Source: an uncultured Eubacteriales bacterium
Lineage (GTDB): Bacteria; Bacillota; Clostridia; Oscillospirales; Acutalibacteraceae
Length of the DNA: 42,426 nt
NCBI GenBank assembly: GCA_900318715.1
Contig: ONLO01000155.1
Coordinates: 1-42,426 of the forward strand
Reading direction: 5' to 3'
In this document: positions 36,625-42,426 of the stretch, piece after piece
Position numbering within the stretch: position 1 is the first letter of the stretch
How the letters are laid out: the number at the start of each line of letters is the position of its first letter
Position numbers and translations under genes: made by a program
The notes under the pieces: generated by a model
Told to the model about the DNA's origin: nothing
Databases searched by the model: none
What the model saw: the letters and a program-made list of their open reading frames with translations, nothing else

Positions 36625-37244
36625 CTTGCCGCCTCCGTTTCACAGAAGTTCCGGAGAATGGTAAGGCCAATGGGGCCGCTCTTCTCCGGGTGGAACTGGC
36701 AGCCGACCACGTTGTCCCGGCAGACCGCCGCGGTCAGCTCTTTGCTGTACTCCGTGGTGGCCACCGTGTAAGCGTCACAGTCCGTGGCATAGTAGGTGTG
36801 GACGAAGTAGACGTGGTCCCCTTCGTTCGTCTCCCGGAACGCCGGACAGGACCGGCCGGTAAAATGCAGTGCATTCCAGCCGATCTGCGGAATTTTGAGG
36901 TCCGGGTCCACCACGCCTTCCATGGTGACGACGCTGCCCGGGATGAGCCCCAGGCCCTTGTGTTCCCCGTATTCAAAGCTGCGCTCGAACAGCAGCTGAT
37001 GGCCAAGGCAGATGCCCATAAGGGGCTTGCCGGCGTTCGCCTCTCCAATGATGACGTCCGCCAGGCCCGTGCGGTAGAGCCGGTCCGAGGCGTCGCCGAA
37101 CGCGCCGACCCCCGGCAGGAACAGCTTGTCCGCTGCCCGGATGTCTGCGGGGTCGGACGTTATCAGGACGTCCTGTCCCAGGGACTTCAGCGAAGACGAC
37201 AGGGAAAACAGATTTCCCATGCCGTAGTCAATAATGGCAATCAT
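36621..37244 (-). CDS. hisH: Imidazole glycerol phosphate synthase, glutaminase subunit
   Basis: [12 protein letters not shown]...LPGVGAFG...GICLGHQLL...QFHPEKS. Confidence 0.92.
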   Translation of the reverse strand: MIAIIDYGMGNLFSLSSSLKSLGQDVLITSDPADIRAADKLFLPGVGAFGDASDRLYRTGLADVIIGEANAGKPLMGICLGHQLLFERSFEYGEHKGLGLIPGSVVTMEGVVDPDLKIPQIGWNALHFTGRSCPAFRETNEGDHVYFVHTYYATDCDAYTVATTEYSKELTAAVCRDNVVGCQFHPEKSGPIGLTILRNFCETEAAR

Positions 37245-37828
37245 AAAAGACCTTTCGTCGACGGGATTTCATCGGCGGCGTCCGGGTCAATGGCCACCGC
37301 CGCTTTCAGGCTGCGGGCCACGGACTTGAACATGCCTTCAATAATATGGTGCGAATTGGTGCCGGACAGCTGGCGGATGTGCAGCGTGCACGCGGCATTG
37401 CGGACGAAGGCCAGCCAGAACTCCTCGGCCAGTTCGGTGTCGAACGTCCCGACTTTCTGGGCGGGAATGTTCGCGTCGTAGGTCAGGTGGGCACGGCAGG
37501 ACAGGTCCACGGCCGACAGGATGAGGGTCTCATCCATGGGCAGGACCATAAAGCCGTAGCGGACAATGCCGCGTTTGTCGCCCAGGGCCTCCGCAAAGGC
37601 CGTGCCAAGGGCAATGCCGATGTCCTCGGTCGTGTGGTGCGCATCCACGTTGGTGTCGCCTTTGCACTTGACCGTCAGGTCAAAGCGGCCGTGACGGGCA
37701 AACAGGGTCAGCATGTGGTCGAGGAACCCGACGCCGGTGTCAATGGTGCTCTTCCCGGTGCCGTCCAGGTTCAGGGTCAGCTGAATGTCGGTTTCCGCCG
37801 TCTTGCGGGCAATTTCACTGGTCCTCAC
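37241..37828 (-). CDS. hisB: Imidazoleglycerol-phosphate dehydratase
   Basis: [16 protein letters not shown]...[14 protein letters not shown]...[10 protein letters not shown] start overlaps hisC by 14 nt. Confidence 0.92.
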   Translation of the reverse strand: MRTSEIARKTAETDIQLTLNLDGTGKSTIDTGVGFLDHMLTLFARHGRFDLTVKCKGDTNVDAHHTTEDIGIALGTAFAEALGDKRGIVRYGFMVLPMDETLILSAVDLSCRAHLTYDANIPAQKVGTFDTELAEEFWLAFVRNAACTLHIRQLSGTNSHHIIEGMFKSVARSLKAAVAIDPDAADEIPSTKGLL

Positions 37829-38906
37829 GGAGTTCGCCTTCTTTCTTCATGTCATTGTATACGTCGTCCAGGATGTCCAGGAAGTCTTCCATCTGGTGTT
37901 CGTTCCCAATGGAAATCCGGTTGTAGTCCGAAATCTTCGGGTTGGTGAAGTGGCGGATGAGCACGCCCTTTTCCTTCATCCGGGCATAGAGTTCGCCGCC
38001 TTCCACCCACTCTGCGCGGGCAAACACGAAGTTCGCCTTGGACGGAATGACCGTAAAGCCGCGGGCTTCCAGTCCTTCCACCGTCATGTCGCGGTTGAAC
38101 ATGATGGCCTTGCAGCTGTTTTTGAAGTGCGTGTCGTCCGCAATGGACGCCATGCCGGCCGCCGCGGTCATGCTGTTGACGTTGTACGGGTTAATGGCGT
38201 ACTTCAGGGTGACCATGTCGGCAATGAGCGCTTCGCTGCCCATAATAAAGCCGAGGCGTCCGCCCGCTAAGGAGCGGGACTTGGAGAACGTCTGGGTCAC
38301 GAGTAGGTTGCGGTAGCGCGGAATGAGGGCCACAGCGCTCTCGGCGCCGAAGTCCACGTACGCCTCGTCCACAATGACAATATTGTCCGGGTTCGTGCGC
38401 ACAATTTCCTCAATTTCATTCAGCGGCAGCGCCACGCCGGTCGGCGCGTTCGGGTTCGCCAGGACCACGTTTTTGCCAATGCCGCAGTAGTCCTTGTAGT
38501 TGACGAGGAGGTCGTCCCCCACGGGAAGGGTCTCGTACGGAATGTGGTTGACGTTTGCCGCCACCGGGTAGAACCCGTACGTAATTTCCGGGAACACCAG
38601 GGGCCGCTTCTCGTCCGCAAACGCCAGGAACGCAAAGTTCAGGGCCTCGTCGGATCCGTTCGTCACGAGGACGTTCTCATAGCCCAGCCCGTAGTACGCC
38701 GCAATGGCCTCGGTGACCTTGCGGTTGTCGGGGTCCGAGTACTTGTTGAGGTACCGGCTGGCCTCGCGGGCCGCTTCCACCACTTCGTGCTGCGGCGGGA
38801 AGGGCGATTCATTGGTATTTAGTTTCAGGTACTGCTTGTCCTGCGGCTGTTCGCCGGGTACATAAGGCTCCAGGTTCGCGAAGCGTTCACTGAAAAACTT
38901 GCTCAT
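37815..38906 (-). CDS. hisC: Histidinol-phosphate aminotransferase
   Basis: LNTNESP...NPNAPTG...[14 protein letters not shown] (PLP lysine). Confidence 0.9.
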   Translation of the reverse strand: MSKFFSERFANLEPYVPGEQPQDKQYLKLNTNESPFPPQHEVVEAAREASRYLNKYSDPDNRKVTEAIAAYYGLGYENVLVTNGSDEALNFAFLAFADEKRPLVFPEITYGFYPVAANVNHIPYETLPVGDDLLVNYKDYCGIGKNVVLANPNAPTGVALPLNEIEEIVRTNPDNIVIVDEAYVDFGAESAVALIPRYRNLLVTQTFSKSRSLAGGRLGFIMGSEALIADMVTLKYAINPYNVNSMTAAAGMASIADDTHFKNSCKAIMFNRDMTVEGLEARGFTVIPSKANFVFARAEWVEGGELYARMKEKGVLIRHFTNPKISDYNRISIGNEHQMEDFLDILDDVYNDMKKEGELREDQ

Positions 38907-38912
38907 TGGGGG

Positions 38913-40199
38913 TCAGTCCACTTCCTCTTCAAAACGGCTGCGGACGCTGCGGGCATGGCCGTGCAGGCCTTCGCTGTCCGCAAACGCGGCAATATCCTTG
39001 TAGACGCGGGAAAGCGCGTCTTTGCTGTAATAGGTGTACTGGGACTTCTTGACGAAGTCGTCCACGGACAGCGGGCTGGAGAAGCGCGCCGTGCCGCTGG
39101 TCGGGAGCGTGTGGTTCGGGCCGGCGAAGTAGTCGCCGAGGGCCTCCGGACAGTTGCGCCCGAGGAAGATGGAGCCGGCGTGTTTGACGGCGTCCAGATA
39201 CTCGAACGGGTTGTCCATGCAGAGTTCCAGGTGCTCCGGGGCAATTTCGTTGGCAATGTCAAGGGCCTTGCGGATGTCCCCTTCCGCCACAATGATCTTG
39301 CCGTTGTTCTCAATGGAAACGGCGGCAATGTCGCGGCGCGGCAGCGTTTTCAGCTGTTCGTCAATTTCCTTTGCCACGGCTTCGGCCAGTTCCATGCTGT
39401 CGGTGACGAGCACCGCACTGGCGTTCTTGTCGTGCTCGGCCTGGGACAGGAGGTCCGCCGCCACGTGGCGCGGGTTGCTCTTGCGGTCGGCCACGGCGAG
39501 GATTTCGCTCGGGCCGGCAATCATGTCAATGGAGACCTGTCCGTAGACCTGCTTCTTGGCCTCCGCCACAAAGGCGTTGCCGGGGCCGACAATCTTGTCG
39601 ACCTTCGGAATGCTCTCCGTGCCGTACGCCAGTGCCGCAATGGCCTGGGCGCCGCCGACCTTGAAGATCCGGTCGACACCGGCCGTGCGGGCCGCCGCCA
39701 GGACAAACGGATTCACCTTGCCGTCCGCATTCGGCGGCGTGGTGATGACGAGCTCGGACACCCCGGCAATCTTCGCCGGAATGCTGTCCATGAGCACGGT
39801 GGACGGATAGGCCGCCGTGCCGCCCGGCACGTAGAGACCGGCCTTCTCAATGGGCGTAATTTTCTGTCCCATGACAATGCCGTCTTCGTCGTTGATGATG
39901 AAGCTCTGGCGCTTCTGCGCCTCGTGGAACTTGCGGATGTTGGCAGCCGAGCGCTGCAGGATGCCGGCGAATTCTTCGCCGACCAGTGCAAAGGCCTCGT
40001 CAATTTCCGCCTCCGTCACTTCCAGCGACGAGAGCTCGGCGTTGTCGAATTGCCTGGCGTAGTCAAACAGGGCTGAATCGCCCTGCTGACGCACGTTGGC
40101 AATAATGCCGGCAACAATGTCCTCCACGCCCGTCTGGAGGTCGGGGCGCGCAAAGATTTCGTCATTGGAAACTTCACCGTAACGGTAAATTTTGATCAT
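38913..40199 (-). CDS. hisD: Histidinol dehydrogenase
   Basis: YVPGGTAAYPSTVLM...SQAEHD...APEHLEL...GDYFAGPNHTLPT. Confidence 0.92.
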   Translation of the reverse strand: MIKIYRYGEVSNDEIFARPDLQTGVEDIVAGIIANVRQQGDSALFDYARQFDNAELSSLEVTEAEIDEAFALVGEEFAGILQRSAANIRKFHEAQKRQSFIINDEDGIVMGQKITPIEKAGLYVPGGTAAYPSTVLMDSIPAKIAGVSELVITTPPNADGKVNPFVLAAARTAGVDRIFKVGGAQAIAALAYGTESIPKVDKIVGPGNAFVAEAKKQVYGQVSIDMIAGPSEILAVADRKSNPRHVAADLLSQAEHDKNASAVLVTDSMELAEAVAKEIDEQLKTLPRRDIAAVSIENNGKIIVAEGDIRKALDIANEIAPEHLELCMDNPFEYLDAVKHAGSIFLGRNCPEALGDYFAGPNHTLPTSGTARFSSPLSVDDFVKKSQYTYYSKDALSRVYKDIAAFADSEGLHGHARSVRSRFEEEVD

Positions 40200-40822
40200 T
40201 CGGGTTCCACCTGTGCTTTCAGTTGATTGGTGAGCCGCTCAATTTCCGCCGATTTGAAGCGGAAGTTCGCCTTGTTGGCAATGAGCCGCGCGCTGATGGG
40301 GAAAATGTCCTCGTACACTTTCAGGTTGTTCTCCCTGAGCGTGGTCCCGGTCTCCACAATGTCCACAATGACATCGGAGAGGCCCAGGATGGGGGCAATT
40401 TCAATGGAGCCGTTGAGCTTGATAATGTCAATGTCCCGGCTCTTTCCCGCGTAATAATTCCGTGCTATATTAACAAATTTAGTAGCAACGCGCAAGGTGC
40501 GGTCGGAGTCGTCGTGGAAGCCTTCCGGAGCCGCCACCATCATCTTGCAGACGCCGCATTTGAGGTCCAAGAGTTCGTAGACGTCCGGGCCGTATTCCAT
40601 CAGGATGTCCTTGCCGGCCACGCCGATGTCCGCAGCCCCCCGTTCCACATAAATGGCCACGTCCGAGGGCTTGACCCAGAAGTACCGGACGCCCTTTTCC
40701 TCGTTTTCAAAAATGAGTTTGCGGTTCTTCTCCCGGATAGAGGGGCACTCGTACCCGGCGGCTTCGAACATGGCGTAGACCTGTTCGCCGAGGCGCCCCT
40801 TGGGCAGCGCAATGTTAACCAT
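40196..40822 (-). CDS. hisG: ATP phosphoribosyltransferase, short (HisZ-dependent) form
   Basis: MVNIALPKGRLGE..., about 208 aa with no C-terminal regulatory domain. ATG 40822 overlaps hisZ by 8 nt. The track start is TTG 40831. Confidence 0.9.
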   Translation of the reverse strand: MVNIALPKGRLGEQVYAMFEAAGYECPSIREKNRKLIFENEEKGVRYFWVKPSDVAIYVERGAADIGVAGKDILMEYGPDVYELLDLKCGVCKMMVAAPEGFHDDSDRTLRVATKFVNIARNYYAGKSRDIDIIKLNGSIEIAPILGLSDVIVDIVETGTTLRENNLKVYEDIFPISARLIANKANFRFKSAEIERLTNQLKAQVEPE

Positions 40823-41939
40823 TGTCTTCAACGGGTCCGACCCCCTTTCCGGTGAATTTCCGGAGCTCCCGGAAGCTTAAGTGTGCAGGAATCTTCTTCT
40901 GGACGGAGACCTGTTTTCCTTTGGCGATCAGGCTTTCCACGGTATCGGCCAGTTCCTCCGCGTCGGCGCCGTCGTCGTAGAGAAGGACGGTGTCCACGTC
41001 GTATTTCGTCTCGGACGGCTGGAAGTTCTCCAGGAGGTCCAGGTAGACGGCAAAGCCGATGGCACCGGATCTGCGGCCGATGCGCTGCATGAGGCGGTCG
41101 TACTGTCCGCCGCTCAGCATGACTTCCGGAATGCCTTCCACGTAGCCCTGGAACACAATGCCGTTGTAGTATTTCATGTCGTTGACGAGCGAGAAGTCGA
41201 ACTTGATGGTCTCCTCCCCGTCCCAGCGGTCCAGCGCGGCCGAAATCTGCTTGAGCTCGTTCAGGGCGGCCGTCATGCCGTCTCCTTCGCAGAGCGTCTC
41301 CAGCTCTTCCAGGACGGTGCTGCGCTTGCCGTAGATCCGGAGAAAGCGCGTCAGCTTGTCCGTGACGTCTTCGCTGACGCCGTACTCTTTACAGAGGTCC
41401 TCCAGCTCATGGGCGTTCTTGTTGCCAATGCAGGCCGTGGCAGCGGCACGGAACGCGCTGTCTGCGCCGGCAAGGTCCAGAAGGCCGCCCAGGATGCCGA
41501 GGTGCGAAATTTCCAGGACGTAACGGTCGGAGAGCGTCTTCAGGCTCTGCTCCGCCAGGCGGAGGACGTCGAGCGTGGTGTAGAGGTCAATGCTGCCCAT
41601 GCACTCAATGCCGGTCTGCAGGATCTCCTTGTACTCATGGGTGTCCCCCGAGACGCGGTAGACGTTCTCGTTGTAGGAGACGCGCTGCAGGCAGCCGGGC
41701 TCGTCCTTGAAGTTCTTGATGATGGAGAGCGTGACGTCGGGCTTTAAGGCCATCAGTTTGCCGTTCGTGTCGGTAAACGTAATGACGCTGTCGCTGACCA
41801 GAAAGTCCTTGTTTCTGGCGTAGAAGTCATACTCTTCGAATTTGCTCATCTTGTACGGCAGGTAGCCGTGTTTGCGGTAGAGGGAGCGCAGCTCGAAGAC
41901 GGCGCGCTCTTCGCGTTTCAGTAAACGTTCGTCCAGCAT
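40815..41939 (-). CDS. hisZ: ATP phosphoribosyltransferase regulatory subunit (HisRS paralog)
   Basis: HisRS-like catalytic core without an anticodon-binding domain, positioned immediately upstream of a short-form hisG. GGAGG lies 5 nt before the ATG. Confidence 0.88.
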   Translation of the reverse strand: MLDERLLKREERAVFELRSLYRKHGYLPYKMSKFEEYDFYARNKDFLVSDSVITFTDTNGKLMALKPDVTLSIIKNFKDEPGCLQRVSYNENVYRVSGDTHEYKEILQTGIECMGSIDLYTTLDVLRLAEQSLKTLSDRYVLEISHLGILGGLLDLAGADSAFRAAATACIGNKNAHELEDLCKEYGVSEDVTDKLTRFLRIYGKRSTVLEELETLCEGDGMTAALNELKQISAALDRWDGEETIKFDFSLVNDMKYYNGIVFQGYVEGIPEVMLSGGQYDRLMQRIGRRSGAIGFAVYLDLLENFQPSETKYDVDTVLLYDDGADAEELADTVESLIAKGKQVSVQKKIPAHLSFRELRKFTGKGVGPVEDNG

Positions 41940-41994
41940 AATGTCCTCCGGAAGAAAACTCTTGTTTTATCGTGTTACCGTGTTAATACGCTAA

Positions 41995-42023
41995 AGTATA
42001 TAGTATTATAACCTTATTGTCAA
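41995..42023 (-). promoter_or_regulatory. Candidate his-operon promoter (TTGACA, 17 nt spacer, TATACT)
   Basis: Minus strand reads TTGACAataaggttataatactaTATACT. The -35 is at 42018..42023 and the -10 at 41995..42000. The leader to ATG 41939 is only about 50 nt. Confidence 0.5.
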
Positions 42024-42026
42024 TAA
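42012..42026. promoter_or_regulatory. Perfect 7-1-7 palindrome CTTATTG-T-CAATAAG overlapping the -35 region (candidate operator)
   Basis: Read directly. cttattg at 42012..42018 is the reverse complement of caataag at 42020..42026. The palindrome contains TTGACA on the minus strand and TTGTCA on the plus strand. Confidence 0.35.
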
Positions 42027-42114
42027 GAAACTTCCCTGAATTATACGATTTCCGAAAACGGGATGCAAGTTTTCCCATTTTTCGGTATACTGAAACTGAA
42101 AGGAGCTGAAACTT

Positions 42115-42426
42115 ATGGAATTCATTACCATTTTGATTCTTATTGTTCTCGTCGCTCTCCTGCTGGTCATGTGCGCGGTCATTGTGCCGCAGTCCAACGC
42201 CTACATTGTGGAGCGGCTGGGTAAATTCCACACCATTTTTGAGGCCGGGTTCCATCTGCGGATCCCGTTCATTGACCGCATTGTCAAGAAAGTCAGCCTC
42301 AAGGAGCAGGTCCTGGACTTCCCGCCGCAGGGCGTCATTACCAAGGATAACGTCACCATCAGCATTGACTCGGTCGTCTTTGCCAAGGTCTTTGACCCGA
42401 AGCTTTACACCTACGGCATTGAAAAC
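42115..42426 (+). CDS. SPFH/Band 7 (stomatin/QmcA-like) membrane protein, N-terminal part (runs off the right edge)
   Basis: Absent from the ORF track because it has no stop inside the window. ATG 42115 follows AAAGGAG. Translation: MEFITILILIVLVALLLVMCAVIVPQSNAYIVERLGKFHTIFEAGFHLRIPFIDRIVKKVSLKEQVLDFPPQGVITKDNVTISIDSVVFAKV. Confidence 0.85.
   Translation, partial: MEFITILILIVLVALLLVMCAVIVPQSNAYIVERLGKFHTIFEAGFHLRIPFIDRIVKKVSLKEQVLDFPPQGVITKDNVTISIDSVVFAKVFDPKLYTYGIEN

Noticed and set aside
42049-42084. Imperfect hairpin ccgaaaacggga...tcccatttttcgg upstream of the SPFH gene.
   Set aside because: The stem needs an internal loop, it has no U-tract, and I cannot fix the SPFH transcription start. 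There are two weak -10 candidates, at about 42040..42047 and at 42086..42091. Whether the hairpin is transcribed is therefore unknown.
41940-42114. Possible T-box riboswitch or His leader-peptide attenuator upstream of hisZ.
   Set aside because: The whole intergenic region is about 175 bp and is shared with a divergent gene. From the best promoter the leader is only about 50 nt. There is no specifier/antiterminator architecture, no T-box-like motif visible by eye, and no run of His codons.
41983-42255. 90-aa and 63-aa minus-strand ORFs (41983..42255 and 42006..42197), plus the 61-aa ORF at 42201..42386.
   Set aside because: They overlap the promoter region and the well-supported +-strand SPFH gene, which has a strong RBS and an unmistakable Band 7 N-terminus. 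Their translations carry no recognisable signal.

Overview
This looks like a GC-rich, Firmicutes/Clostridia-type chromosomal core region (taxonomy is inferred from gene content and order). I did not compute GC. I call 43 protein genes and one tRNA. All are on the minus strand except rnhA (1091..1537) and a partial SPFH gene at the right edge.

Left to right on the + coordinate (minus-strand transcription runs right to left):
- RNase J (partial), divergent from RNase HI.
- A self-contained three-gene operon of unknown function (1585..4726): a SipW-like membrane protein with a repeat-rich tail, a 64-aa lipoprotein, and a hybrid-cluster-protein (Hcp) homolog that lacks its cluster ligands.
- A monocistronic DUF2804-like gene.
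- A block syntenic with the Bacillus subtilis ylo region: yicC, remA, gmk, rpoZ, priA, def, fmt, Zn-peptidase, rsmB, rlmN, prpC, prkC, rsgA.
- rluB, the sporulation genes ytfI and ytfJ, scpA and scpB, and an M50 protease.
- A tightly packed string: DUF695/RraB-like, ppiB, ispF, cdaA, cdaR, an unknown membrane-anchored protein, an OmpR-type response regulator, a histidine kinase, DUF1385 and prmC.
- tRNA-Leu(UAA).
- A complete ten-gene histidine operon: hisZ, G, D, C, B, H, A, F, IE, K.

I see no mobile elements, CRISPR arrays or recognisable defence genes. Most of the window is ordinary housekeeping.

The best candidate for something undescribed is the 1585..4806 operon, whose two large proteins look like catalytically dead relatives of known enzymes. 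Secondary candidates are the unknown exported protein between cdaAR and the two-component system, and a perfect palindrome over the divergent his/SPFH promoters.

The ORF track uses TTG and GTG starts, so many of its ORFs are over-extended at the N-terminus. I re-set those starts from RBS spacing and gene junctions. The long +-strand ORFs are antisense artefacts.
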